DNA of 59,869 nt, filler included, from Sphacelaria rigidula (lineage: Eukaryota), in assembly GCA_964200075.2 (NCBI GenBank). It is 8 parts of 8 records of this genome, joined end to end, with 100 filler letters (N's around TTAATTAATTAA, not from the genome) between each part and the next. Parts side by side here need not be neighbours in the genome. Positions count along the whole stretch, not along the records: positions 7,498 to 14,894 come from CAXNAA020015104.1; positions 14,995 to 22,391 come from CAXNAA020015105.1; positions 22,492 to 29,887 come from CAXNAA020015106.1; 5 more parts are not named here. One strand, given 5' to 3'. This document shows, piece by piece, positions 11,700-24,135 of this stretch. Each line of letters opens with the position of its first letter. Position 1 is the stretch's first letter. A program made the translations under genes and the position numbers. The notes under the pieces are model-generated. The model saw only the letters and a program-made list of their open reading frames with translations, did no database searches and had not been told where the DNA came from.

Positions 11700-12520
11700 C
11701 TGTAATGCACCACAAAACGGTATCCTGCTCTTTCCTTCGTACAATAGTAATGCTTTTATTGCCATCGGCTCGCTCGCCTGGGCCACTTGCTGGAGCTCTT
11801 CACTTGAAGACTCCACGCAGTCTTCGTCGTCTCATCACTCTCCCGAAGCGACCGTCGTCGAACACTTGTCCCTTTTGCTGGGTTCCATCAAAATCCTCTC
11901 GGAATGCGAAGCCTATGGGGAACAAGTTCAGAGCATCACTGCGCGACAGAGGGACATGGCGTGCTCGGGCGGGATGGCATACTTGATGCCTTGGCTGGGT
12001 GGTGCAGATGCCGAAGGGCGTGGAACCCGTCCACTCGTGGAAGCATCAGGCTTTCCACGACTCCGCTTCCTGGTAGCCCCTCTGACATTGCTCCATCCTG
12101 GACCTTTGCTCGCTATTTCCAACCTGATTTTTATCTGGATTTAGACTCGCGACGGTCCTTCAGGGTGAGGAGGTGGGGTGTGGGGTTTCAAAGGTTGGCG
12201 TCGCCTCGAAGTCTGGTGTTCAAGCAAACTAGGCGGACCCGTCAGCGACTGAATATCTCAGGTGGGGCGGGTAACGGTATGCGGCTCGACCTATGGCGGA
12301 CTATCTTGCGCGTATGTATTTTGTGTCCTTGCATCACCACCTCCCGACCGCGTGCCGTCATCCATCCTTGCCAACTTTTCATGTACCGTGTACTTGTGCT
12401 GCAGTTTCCTGCCGTTGCCATCCCCACCCGTTGAGATTTCTCTCCGGATCCATCACCAGTCTTACCTCGCATAGGTGCTATTCGCGCTGTTCTACGAAAG
12501 GGTCCAGTCCTGCACTCGGT
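11700..12520 (+). mobile_element. Highly degenerate retroelement-like relic (possibly Ty3/Gypsy integrase C-terminal region)
   Basis: Fragments LSLLLGSIKIL, YLMPWLGGADA and LRFL.PDP weakly recall algal Gypsy pol C-termini; many frameshifts; a similar weak signal lies at ~10140-10880. Confidence 0.25.
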
Positions 12521-13296
12521 TCTGCTTCTTGTGATATAAGTGAAGGTCAGCTTTAGATATATGTGTGCTTTTGCGTCGAGACGGCAACTCGGGGAGGGGA
12601 GCAGCATGTCAAGCAATGTGCGCTTGGTTCATGGAGCCAATGAGACGTGTTCACCCCACATGACTTGCAAAGCTCTGACAACATATCCAACATACATCCT
12701 CCTGGTCTCACGACTGCGTCCTTACCGCGTGGGAGATCTGACGCTTCGGAAAGAAATGCCTTATTTCAGTCACCTGCCCAAATGGGTGACTACCTCCAAG
12801 CTAAACTCTTCGCCTCTGTTCCGCGAATCTTTTGAGGGGCACCGGAAGTTAGGCACATTCTGCAGGGGCATTGACTACCCCGTTGACTTGTTTTGATGGC
12901 TGTGGAAAATCAATTGGGGATCGAGAAGCGAGGCCAAATGCCTGCAGATGTATGTGTATGTGAGTGCAACATTACCTCAATTGTTGGCAAGTTGATCACC
13001 TCGTCTCATGGGTCTACCGCACGCCCCTACCTGATGGCCGTTTGGCGACTGCTTGACCTCTTGGGCCTCCTGCAACGGCATGACAGCACATCTTGCCTGA
13101 TATATTTCGTACTTGTTGACGAAAGGGAGCGGTCACGTATCGTGGAAAGGGTGGCGCCTACTGCTAAATTTTCGAGAGCTAATAATTATTTTTGGAACCG
13201 CCGGCAGCTCCTCAGCATCGACTCCCAGGTATCGCTTTTATTTCGTACTCAGATCGCCTCTCACCTACCGTTTCGGCCGTCGTTTTCCCCTCAGGT

Positions 13297-13720
13297 CCAA
13301 CGATTTTGTGGGGATTTCAGAAACAGTAGAAGGATTGCAAACACAGATAGACAAGGCGCAAGAATACACTAGGCGATGGAGAGTGACAGCGAACAGCGAA
13401 TGAGAGTGATAGTGAATGTGAAAATATGCGCGATATTCGTCTGTAACGAGGATGAGAAAAATCCACTGGAGTTCAGGTGGAAGTGAGGAGGAGAGGAATT
13501 GTCGATTCTAGACCAATATACATACCTTGGCGTAGAGATCTCATAACACTGTTCTTGGAATGCAGAAATAAACAAGGAAATATAAAAGGGTAAGGCACAG
13601 ATAGGAAGGATGAACGTGATCCCCAGAGACCCGCACCCAGACACCAGGATTGAGATATGTATCCTGATGAACTTGATCGTACCACAGCTGGAACATGCAG
13701 GAGAAGCATGAGAGTGGAAC
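13297..13720 (+). mobile_element. Non-LTR retrotransposon (LINE) reverse transcriptase relic
   Basis: NDFVGISETVEGLQTQIDKAQEYTRRWRVTAN..KICAIFV..ILDQYTYLGVEIS..SWNAEI: RT motifs following (F/Y)ADD, including YTYLG, with stops; an upstream piece GLWK at ~12895. Confidence 0.85.
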
Positions 13721-14125
13721 GTGAGATTGGTAGGGCTGTGAACTGGCTGCTCTGGCCAGTTACGCTGACAATGGTCGCTGGCGCGGCCAGTACATCGATT
13801 GTTTTCCAGTTCATCGGCTTCGCCGATTACCTGGAAAACAATCGGCGGCGAGCGGCTTCGCCGCTCGCCGTCAACGCCCCCCCCCGGCTGGTCAGGGGGG
13901 CCCGCGGGAGCACCGCCAGAGGCGAGAAAAATTGCGATATTTGGCTTGTGTTTCCTTGAAAATGTGGGAAATTGTAGAAAATGTGACCCATCACATTGAG
14001 GAGCTAAAAGTCTTAGATGACACAGGAGTACCCCCCCAAAAAACCTCTGAGACTCTATGTACGCACTCCTCCCCCTCCCCCTCCCCCGTCTCGCCTCCAG
14101 CGGTCGGAGGATGTTTCTTTTTCCC

Positions 14126-14448
14126 GCCGCGCCCCGGTGGTGTCATGGTCCGGCTGTCACCATTAGAGTGGAGAGAACTGGGGTTCGATTCCCGATGCGT
14201 TGGGTGTTTCCTTGATAATGTCTGATTTCCACAGTCGAAAGCATGAGAACGTGAATATACAAAGTAGTCGACTGGATTTGAGTGACGTGAGTTGACGCGG
14301 TGCGGGAGTGCTGATGGTCATGATCCAATCCGCGAAACCAAAATGAAGGGCGCGTACCGGGGGAGAGATGGGTTGATCCCTTGTGATCACGGATTCATCC
14401 CTAGGAAGAGGAGGGATTCAAAGTGTGAAGGAAAAAAAAATAAAAAGA
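14126..14448 (+). mobile_element. tRNA-derived SINE family A
   Basis: Pol III A box (ggtggtgtcatgg) and B box (ggttcgattccc), ~300-bp body, A-rich tail; homologous copy at 54072-54389. Confidence 0.8.
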
Positions 14449-16546
14449 AGAAACACTCAATAAATAGCCATTTCGGAGCGACTTGGGTGAAGTAGCGCTC
14501 ATGATAGTTGGCCCTATCTGCCACCACAAGATGCGACGCACATTGGACGCAAATCGACGGTGCAGATAGATACGTTTAGCTTTATTGAGTAAGCATTACA
14601 GAGCATTGTGGTATTATTTGTCTGGTCTTGTTCTTGTCGTGGAAGTGTGATGTGCAATGTTTTGCCGAAACCCATGAGTATAACTTGGCCTTACTTGGCT
14701 GCAAAGGTATGCAAAGAATTAAGCTTCATTAACACGAATTTTAATTTTTATCCTTTTGAGTTTTTTTAATGTTTATTTCTCATTTCTGAATTCATGTATT
14801 GGATTTAGTGACCCCCCCCCCCACTCTCCTCTCTCCTCCCCTTATCTCACACCCCCACCCCCCCCCCCCCCCCCCCCCCCCCCCCTACCCCACCNNNNNN
14901 NNNNNNNNNNNNNNNNNNNNNNNNNNNNNNNNNNNNNNTTAATTAATTAANNNNNNNNNNNNNNNNNNNNNNNNNNNNNNNNNNNNNNNNNNNNGGGGAG
15001 GGGGGGGGGGGGGGGGGGGGGCGGTTTTTTGTGGTCGGTTGGTGTGGTGGTGGGACTGGGGAGGGCGGCTGGCGGGGGGGGGGGGGGGGGGGGGGGGGAG
15101 GGGGGGGGGCTATAGCCCTGATTCGAAGGACTCTGTCTCAGTTTGAGCTTTGCACGCTGAACCTGAATGGCTTCTCGAATTTCAGGTCGGAAGTTTAGGG
15201 TAAAGCGAACACATCCCGATAGGAAAGGCAATGTTGATTGCTGCTCACTCCAAAGCACAGTCAAAGCTCCCAGCTCCCACACCTTGACAACGGAACCGCG
15301 TGAACCATCGTCGTTAATACGGGTGGTCGGTACTACAGGAGTGTACGTTTCACGAGCGGCAATATGAAGGGCATTTGGAAAAACTCGCTGTTCACAATTT
15401 CAGACACAATTTCATTTTGGGCAAAAGCAATATCTCTGGCACAACTTCGCAGTCGTCCGTCTTCTAGCAATGTGCATTAGGCATAAAAATCTTTTGATAT
15501 TCGATATTCGAAACACCCTGACTTTTGGTCATTTAATCAAAGAAAATACTGATAATACCATTCAGTTACCGTCTGCGAGTAAAGGAACAGAGCTTCCAGG
15601 TACGCTGAAAACAAATTGCTTTCATGTTGATCTTGGGTCTGTCAAACCCTGCAGACAGGACTGGATTCACAGCGAATCAGTTCATACACGATAATCGAAA
15701 ATGAAATCAGTCAACCAACGATCTACGCGGTATAACAGAAAATCCAACTCAACTACACTTGATGGATTAAGGATTGACTGACTGTCGCACATTAGACTGG
15801 TTCGCTATGAATCCAGCGCACCCTGGACACTAGATTATATAGTAAAAAATGTACTGCGCACAGTATGGAAACTACTGCCGATTGCAACAGACGCATTAGT
15901 CGATACTGTACGCAGTACACTTTTCGACAATGTAATCCATTGTCATTATTCAGGATGTGGAATCCAGCCGTGGTCGCAAGGTAGACGGAGGTAAGATCAA
16001 CAGTCGGAACATATACCAAGGAATTTCGGGAGAAGGGGAAGGTGCAAAAGGAAATACAGAGGAGAACAAAGACATAAGAGTGACAACGAGAACGAAACAG
16101 TTTGCGTCAGTGAACCAATGCCGCGACTCTATCACCTCCACACCGTGGACAAATCATTTCCCCTGTCCCCCCTCGCGTGGGATAGACCCTAAATCTCCCG
16201 GTTCTTCCCGGAGACGATCCCTCGAGTGTCTCTAAAGCCGGCCAGCCTTCCTCGGGCCCTTGCGCGGCCGACCGTTTGAACATGAGCGCTTCGAAAAGAG
16301 TGTTATGTTTTGTCGGACAAGACCCCCCCCCTCGAGCCAAATTTGACGCTCGCGAGTGGTCGCCTCGATACACTCGCATGGCGTCGCCGTGACCACAGCT
16401 CTGTACGAGAAAGGCTTGTGCCCACTGCGATCCTACGGAAGTCAACTGCAGGTAGTAAAAGCTTGTCGTGGCCGGTGGGCATGCTTTCAAATTCCTCCGG
16501 GCCCAGCGTGCACGTACCTCACCCGTGCAGCATAGTTTCGACCAAC

Positions 16547-16818
16547 GACACTTTCTATGATAGCCCCCCCCCCCAAAACGCCCCCCCCCCCCCAAAACCA
16601 GCTAAAAGTGTCACGAAAAGAATGGCCATACAGCGCCTGATATTTGGATTCAGGCTGCATGAACCGCCTCATATTGGCGACATTGGCTACAACGAATCCA
16701 GGCGTGAGAATTCCCAGCCGCTCGTTGTGTTCGGCTTTTCCCGTTTTGATTTACGTGAAGATATCGCCTCCCAAAACCATGCACTTTTGGGGGGGGGGGG
16801 GCTATCGTAGCAAGTGTC
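16547..16818 (+). mobile_element. MITE family with (G/T)CTAYGATAGCCCC TIRs
   Basis: gacactttctatgatagcccc ... ggggctatcgtagcaagtgtc, flanked by CAAC/CAAC; homologous copies at 33412-33668 and ~36976-37208. Confidence 0.8.
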
Positions 16819-16879
16819 CAACCCCGCTTTGAGCGGCCGGATTCCAGACGAGCGAGGCGTTGGGGCGATCGTAGAGTTA

Positions 16880-18950
16880 GATATATTTTTTCGGAGGAGT
16901 GCCAACGCAGCGCTGATACGGTGCTCGATTTCGACAAATATCTGCGTCTACTCTAAAAGCACCACCGAGGTAGACAAAGTCCGACTGTCTACTTATACCG
17001 TTGATTTGAGTGATGTGCCGTGCGGTCTGTGGAGAGCTGGGCACTGACCACAGGCGCATGGACTCTATCTTGTTCTCCCATACCACTTGTCCGAACTCCT
17101 GATAGACCATCAGTATCACAGCCACAACTCTACCACACCCGTATGGGGGCTTCCACGCTATGCATACAACGTCCGCGTACAGCATTCCCCGCGCCGTGCG
17201 CGGTGCCCTCTCCAGCGGTGTCTCTTCTGTGGAGTTTTCGTGCTCGCGTTATGGCGCATCATGTGGATATACCACGTCTGAGATGAAGGCCAGGTCTGCC
17301 GCGAAATGCTGTGCGATCATGTCGACCTGTACCGCGCGGAGGATGCTCAGCAGCAGCAGGGACGAAACGCATCCTTGCCTGAGTTCTTAGCAGACGTGTC
17401 CACCAACATCTAGAGCTGTATCCGAGCTCCCATCCCATCGTGGAACACACCAGTGACTCAGACCATTCGCGGCTGGGCTCCGAAACGGACAAGTACTTTT
17501 CACAAGAGCGTCTAGTCTACAGAGTCATACGCCTTCTTGAGGTCAATCAGGCACATGTCCGGTGGGATGTTGCTCATCCTTGCCAACTCCTGCAGTCGCC
17601 GTACCACGAACATCGTGTCGTCGGCCGTTGGTTTGCACCGGTGTCCACACCGTTCTTCCAGGTAAAACCTCTGTCTCCTTGCAGAAAGTACTGAGTCTGC
17701 TGGCTGTGATTTTTTGGACAACTTCACCAGCAAGCGGCACGAAGAAGATGCCCCTACAGTTACCACCCTCGGCCCTATCCTTTGACAGTGGCGTCCTGCT
17801 ACTCCTGCAGCATCTAGTCAGACTCTCAAACGGTAACGAGGTTGCTGTGGGAATGGTGCGGAATCTCCAAAGCTCCACAACCAACCCAAGCTCGAGGAGT
17901 TCCTCAGGCAGTCCACCCTGCCCCATCGCTTTGTCCATCCTGCCCCATCGCTTTGACGTTAGCTATAACTCGAGAAGTTCCCTTTCTACTTCATCCAATA
18001 TGGCGGGGTCTCCAAGTGCCATAGCCTTCGGCCGTGGCGTGATGCTCTCGATGGCGGTTAGACGGACACTTGCCTACGTTGCATTCAGCAAGGTAGAGAA
18101 GCACCGTTTTCGGCTCTTACAGGTTGGGCTCTTGTGTCACGGTAGTTGACCACCCTCGCCCTTTGATGGGTCCTTGCTTTCTAGCTCACTTCTCGCTAAC
18201 CTTCATCCTCCTTGCAGGTGCCCGTGGCAGCTCCTCATGTTTTTGATTCCAATGTACTCCTGCAGCTCCTTCACACAGATCCAACTACCTGTCCGCTCAA
18301 CCTTGGATCACGTCTTCGACCCTCCTGCACGCTGCGCGGAATGTACGTCATGTGCGACTACCCTTTTCGGCTCTATTAATGGCGCCAACCTTGCCCTCTC
18401 TCCTTCATGTCACTGGCCTGGTAGCCCCTGTCGCATGGCCCACTTTTTTGCCGACCCTCCTCTCCCGTGCTTCCCCCGGATGTAGCATCAGTGTCTATCG
18501 AAACAAAGAGACGGTCGTTCGTTGGAACTCGCTTCACGGAGATGTTCAGCTGAGTCCAGACCACACCCCTCCTTTTTGCTGACTTGGGCGTCTCTATGGG
18601 GGCACAGGCAACTACAAACGTGGCATCGTTCTATTTGTCGGCTAGGTTGAAAGTCATCGACATGCAGCACTCGCTGATGAACAACTGTGCCCAAGTAGCC
18701 TTTTTGATGACGGAGTCCTTAGTCGCCAAGCGACCCCCGCGTTGTCCAACTTTTCTCTGGCCTCCTTCCGCCCCACAGCAGAAGACGCGGAACACCGAGA
18801 CAGCGATCTCAATTCTGCCTAGTCTCGTTGCCTCTCGCAGTCCGAGGATGTCGCAATCTCTCGCGTTGCACTGTTGCGCTGCCACTTCAGCATGGACAGC
18901 CTCGTTCTGTTCGATGAAGTACGGTGCGCGGTACAAATGTTGAGGTTGCA
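16880..18950 (-). mobile_element. Degenerate LINE (RTE-like) with APE endonuclease and RT
   Basis: CDILGLRE..GGRLA..FISE..VVACAP (APE); NCRGI..AGEVVQKITASRL, DTMFVVRRLQELAR..CLIDLKKAYDSVD and MLYADV (RT); frameshifts and stops. Confidence 0.9.
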
Positions 18951-19597
18951 GTATGAGATCCCCTATAAGGGACCTAACTCTCGCCCTATCAATACATACC
19001 CCATACTCCTTGTTTTGAGCTCCTTCGTGCTCATGCCCTCCTCATCATCTCGCGTGCGACCAATTGCTCGTCTGTTTTGATGTTCCTCCGCCCATCAATC
19101 TTGATACACACCTTGTATTTTAGTCTGCCGGGGAGGGTGTAGCCGTCCAAGCCCGCGCCGACCGCTAGGCCCCAGTCCGCCGAATCTGGTACTTACTCAT
19201 TCGTCTCATCTCCATCCACACCTCTCCGTGACAGTGTCCCAGCCCTGAGCAAAACTCCGCAGCTGCAGGACTGAGCGTCGAGCACAACATTGTGGATTTG
19301 GCCCACTGGCTAGTCCGTATGTTTTATCCCAGCTGACACACTTCAGTGCATAGCCTAATCTATAGGTCATTATATTCTCCTCTATACGTGGGTGATTGTG
19401 TCGTTTGTTTGTTGCTTGAGTTAGGTTTCCGCGGCACAATCATCCCCAATGGGACGGCAATCGGGGGCGGAGGAAAGAGTATCCAAAGATGATCTTGGTT
19501 ATAGCGTGCACATTGATACTTCCTGATATTAACACTACTGCATCGGCCGGTAACCCCCTCGTCCCTCGCCCCTCGTCCCTCTCCCTCAACTGCACAC

Positions 19598-19749
19598 CTG
19601 ATGAGGGTTTCCAAGGAGGCGATCAAATCCGCGCTGCATAGATCAAACGCTCGATGGAATGTCAAGCTGCACGAGCTGTCTGTCGCCCTCGCCGCCTGAA
19701 TCAGAGCACCCGTTGTTTCCTCGTCGACGTCGCCGTTTTCAAGAAGGGC
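19598..19749 (-). CDS. cutC: Copper homeostasis protein CutC, internal exon
   Basis: cgcag|GCC...ATC AG|gtgtg; ALLENGDVDEETTGALIQAARATDSSCSLTFHRAFDLCSADLIASLETLI contains the CutC signature TFHRAFD. Confidence 0.9.
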
Positions 19750-20360
19750 CTGCGAAATCGATCGAAAGCCCGTCCGTCTCATGACGCAGACACGTTGAGT
19801 ATGCTTTCTCCTGAGCGTAAGCAGAAATGGTGCGGACATGCCACTCTTTTTGCACCGGAGATCAGAATCACTTAGAGGTCAAGAAGTCCTACGAAGTAAT
19901 GCTCGGTCGTTAATGCGTATGATCTTGTGCTGCCGATCACAAGGAAAAGTAAAACTGCACTCTAGGTGGTAGGCACCGCGCTTTACCTACATTGAACACC
20001 GTTGACATCGTTCCGTGCGAGCAAAAAACGCAGGAGTATAGGGCGTGCCGTGTAAGTGAAGTAAAAATAGGAGCATGGAATCACGATAGCACAGACACAA
20101 AAAATAGTTACAGCACTGCGTGACATACGGGCCGTTCAAGGGGAGAAGTTTCAGTAGCGAATTCGTTCTACACTGACCCATTCCATAGTTAAGGCCGCTC
20201 GAGAAGCGCGGAGGTACCGGGGATACACGCGACTTTACTTGTGTGGGTATTCAGACCTTGGTCGACACGCACACGAGTGGGCAGACGCACAGACCAGTGC
20301 GGGAAGCCTACAGACCGTGTCGTATATCCTGCGTTAATAACACCGGTAGACCTTCAGGCG

Positions 20361-20845
20361 AAGGCCAGATGTTATGGCACACAGATTTTTGGCCCACGGA
20401 TTGTTCGCTTTTGGGACCTTTGACCCACTTTTTGACCCCCAAACAGGGAAACCGCCAACACACGTCTTGGACACTTTGCATCACCCCACAGAGAAGAGCC
20501 TAGCCCACTTTTCAGATTCGCTCAGCTCCAAGGTTTCGCGAACGGCCGCTGAATAATAATCCGTGAGCAATAAAATCTACGGCGATCTCCACAGATTATT
20601 GGGCAAACTGGCGGGGGGTCGGGAAGCACAGATTTTTGCACACGAATTGTTGTTCAGCGGCCAATCTCGAGACCTCGGAGCCAAGCGAATCTGAAAAGCA
20701 GACTAGGCTCCCCTCTGCGGAGTGATGCAAAGTGTCGAGAGGTGTGTTGGCAATTTTCCCTGTTTGGGGGTTAAAAAGTGGGTCAAACGTCCCAAAAGCG
20801 AACAATCCGTGGGCCAAAAATAGGTTCGCCATAAAATCCGGCCTC
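20361..20845. mobile_element. Foldback/MITE with ~215-bp inverted arms, in the cutC intron
   Basis: aggccagatgttatggc...tttttggcccacggattgttcgcttttggg is mirrored by cccaaaagcgaacaatccgtgggccaaaaa...gccataaaatccggcct. Confidence 0.85.
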
Positions 20846-20925
20846 AATCACAAATACACGATTGCCAAATCGAACGGAGATGATGGGTTATAGCTGCTCC
20901 CAGAAGACTTCCCATGATCCCTCAC

Positions 20926-20985
20926 CCCGATCACGACGCCGTGTGCTCCAGCCTTAACCGCTGCCTCGACGTCTTTCACCATCAC
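20926..20985 (-). CDS. cutC: Copper homeostasis protein CutC, internal exon
   Basis: ctcag|GTG...GGG|gtgag; VMVKDVEAAVKAGAHGVVIG matches the CutC M..D....GA.GVV.G motif; phase 0 joins the next exon. Confidence 0.85.
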
Positions 20986-21247
20986 CTGAGAAGTCGCGCA
21001 GAGCGAGGAAATTCGTGCCACAAAAGGGGTTATCTCGAGTGCGTGACTGTTGCATACTAATTGATCCGTTGCGAAAGCAGCCGTGGTGACAAGTTAGACG
21101 TACCTAAGGCAAATGAACGAGAATATTAGAACTGGGAAGATGTGGTGTGGCGTGTCGCCGCCGTGGTGCTCAAATCGGGGTTTGCAATGTTGACCTATAC
21201 AATGTCCATGTTGTGACCACGGCTGCGTTCCGGGGGGTGGGGGGGAG

Positions 21248-21350
21248 GGGAGCGTACTGGTTTGTTGCTTGCCTTAGTCGTTTGACCATTGACCGCACAT
21301 CCCTTTCGAGACGGAGCACCGTTCCTACTCCTAGGGACAGCTCCAACATC
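21248..21350 (-). repeat. Short dispersed repeat (ccgtctcgaaagggatgcgtggtcaatggtc family)
   Basis: Copies at ~30860-30970, 37686-37760 and 44849-44879 on different contigs. Confidence 0.75.
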
Positions 21351-22714
21351 CCGGTGCTCATCACGTTTCTTCCATACAGTACACAAACACCATTTTTTAT
21401 AGGCTGGGATCAGCGAACTTGCGGCAATCGACCGACCAATCACCAATGTACATGGCGAAGTGAAAAAAAGGTGAAAGAATGGCTGGAATGTAGTACGAAT
21501 AAGGGGGAGCAAATGAAGACAGAAGATGGATGGCACACTGAAGGCCAGGCCGAAGAGGATGCACGCATGCAACACCAGAGGGGGATTCGCTTGTTTTGCC
21601 CATTGCCTGCTTTTCGGGGACGAGGATACGCCAAGGGGGAGAGAGAGAGAGAGAGAGAAAGAGAGAAATCCGACGATAGAGAACATGCGTATTTGAGCTA
21701 ATAATTCTTGCAGCAAAGATAACCAACTTGAAGCATTGATGCAGGCAGCAAATTTCATTCGAATGCTCTGGGCATCTAGATCGCGCACATAATCATACCC
21801 GTTGGCAACGTTTTCACCCATTGTGTAAGCCCCTAATGGCGGTGTGGGATGACCTGCGCAACACACTCAATAATTCGTCGTGCATTCAAGCATCCTCCTC
21901 TCAACCGTAGGATCACATACGAGAAGGATTACACAAGTTACGCGTTCCCGACCTTGGCCACACAGAAGTGCATCACTCGGTGTACCTCTTGTGGCTTCGT
22001 CCTTTTGTCCCCCAGGTGCCAGTTGCCGTAGAAGATCCTGCTTGTGTGACATGCTACTGTAGATTTTCAAGCACCTACTCTGTGTGAGGCTGCCGTTGCC
22101 AGAAGGCGGAAAGCGTATGTGAAAATATACAAAGAGTACGATGGTTGACTCATGAGAGCTAGCACATCGAAACTCTCCAGGGAGGCGGCCGTGGTAGTAT
22201 TGAAATGCACCGAGCACCACGTTCAAAAAAACATATTCGCAGACGTTGCGACAGACCGCGTATATCCCTCCCTACTTGAGCGAACGTTTGGACGGACGGA
22301 ACTGATTTCAGCAACCAATTGCTGCCATCACCGCAGAAGGGCGGGGGGGGAGGGGGTGTACTCATGATCATGCATGCCATAGTCATCAGACNNNNNNNNN
22401 NNNNNNNNNNNNNNNNNNNNNNNNNNNNNNNNNNNTTAATTAATTAANNNNNNNNNNNNNNNNNNNNNNNNNNNNNNNNNNNNNNNNNNNNCGCCCACCA
22501 TCATCGCTTTCGGGAAAAAAAAAAACGCGAACCTGATCGCCTAGCTTACGCAGTGAGGGGCATCTATTACACCGTCGCTGCCAACCGACGCCAACTCTCG
22601 AAAGGTTCATTGGGGAGGGGAGGGGGGGGTGAAAAAAAATGTTGCATCACGAGACGGACATCGACTTCGCGCAGCACCCCTGTTCAACTAGAGGTTTTGT
22701 TGTAAAAAATTCAA

Positions 22715-22915
22715 GGGCAGGTCGAGTAGAGTATACTCAATTGCGGGGTATTTTGAAAGTCGTACTCAAAGTAACACAAATTGGGGGAAGGGTCTTCGGG
22801 ATCGCTTTCGAGTTATTTTTTTGACTACGACTACGAACACTCTACCCTAATTTGATTACCTCAAGTATATCTTTCAAAATACCCCGCAATTGAGTATACC
22901 CTACTCGACCTGCCC
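22715..22915. mobile_element. MITE, ~45-bp TIRs GGGCAGGTCGAGTAG..CTACTCGACCTGCCC
   Basis: Near-perfect inverted repeat gggcaggtcgagtagagtatactcaattgcggggtattttgaaag / ctttcaaaataccccgcaattgagtataccctactcgacctgccc. Confidence 0.85.
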
Positions 22916-23020
22916 ATGGAAAAAACACGTGATTAGAGTATTGCCCGCAAGAGCCAATTTGAGACAGATATTGCTTGAAGCAGTTGATTAAGAGTACTTA
23001 CCCAAAATGAAAGCTTTCAG

Positions 23021-23290
23021 GGGTCGGACAAATTAACAATTCATCCGGAAATTACTTGATTTTAGCGTAATTGATTCGTACCGTACGAATCAACCCTTGG
23101 GCCTTGTTTTCAGCGGAGCAATCCAGGTACGCGCAGCCCAGGCACGTGGAACGGCGCAAAAGTTGCGTGGAGACCTGTTTGACCAGCGGTCGACCTTTCT
23201 TCTCGCTTTCGAGCAATCAGGCCTAAGAAATCGTGGATTTGGTGATTCAAGCCGGCGATGATTCGTCCGAACCGTGAAATTTTAGTCGAC
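23021..23290 (+). repeat. Dispersed repeat (gggtcggacaaat..ggaaattacttg family)
   Basis: Collinear copies at 50343-50600 and 29826-29887 (truncated by gap). Confidence 0.8.
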
Positions 23291-23689
23291 AGGGAAGGAC
23301 GTTGTGGGTAGTTTTCACGACGCACTTACCTCAACGACATGAGAAAACGAATAATAAGAACACTCAGAAAGAAGTGTGTCATTTTTGTGCCACCCTACAC
23401 CCCTGAATCGACTTATTTCCGTCATCCGTTCACTATTTACCTCGTCCCTTCCCCCCAGAAGCAGGATAGCTGTCAGACAAAAAATCGCCACTACTCGAAG
23501 ACACGCACGTGGGGAATGGGAAATCTCGTACCATCCAGCAAAACACTGCCTAATATTTCGACCGAGCGAAAAAAAAAAGGTTGCCACGAGCAAGGTATCT
23601 GTGGAAGAGATGGGTGGAACAATCCCGCGAGACGTCGAACTTATCCCGAGGGGGACGGAGAACTGGTGTTATAAAAAAAAAAATCAACC

Positions 23690-24033
23690 ATAGTGCTGGA
23701 TGTGTGTTGTCGTCCCATCTTTTGTGGACGCCGGTCTACACCCTTCGGTATATGTGGGCGCACCAGCTGGGGTCACACAGGAGGAAGGTCAACACAGGAG
23801 TTTTTCTTTTTTCTGTTTGTTTTAGCACTCCACCTTCCTTCTGCGGTGCTTGCCTTTTTTCTTTATCCCGAGAGGGGTTCGGCAGTTCCTTTCCCTCGTC
23901 GACCGGTAAGTCGAATTTTGTGTACCCACGACATAGTCGCTCTCCACTGTTGGGCATGAGAAAAAAACCCAGATCGCTCCGAGATTCGAACCCGCGATCC
24001 AACCGTCAGAAGGTCCCCAGGTTACCAACTGAG
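23690..24033 (-). mobile_element. tRNA-derived SINE family B
   Basis: Minus strand: ctcagttgg (A box) ... gggttcgaatctc (B box); body shared with 27834-28202; head also at 52475-52545. Confidence 0.8.
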
Positions 24034-24054
24034 TGGAAGTAATAAATAACGTAC

Positions 24055-24135
24055 CTTCGTGGCGAGGCACAGAATTTTCTTGGAATCCGGGCTGAAGAAA
24101 AAGCCCATCATAACGCGGTCAAGCGGGATCTCCAC
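24055..24135 (-). CDS. TolB-like/WD40-type beta-propeller protein, internal exon
   Basis: gccag|GTG...AAG|gtacgt, 81 nt, phase 0; VEIPLDRVMMGFFFSPDSKKILCLATK (FSPD-type blade motif). Confidence 0.75.

Noticed and set aside
10918..11700. Phe/Leu/Ser-rich membrane-like ORFs (also 29327-29819)
   Set aside because: By-product of purine-rich low-complexity sequence
15160..15390. Possible exon RVFPNALHIAARETYTP... as a CutC continuation
   Set aside because: No CutC motifs and no clear donor site
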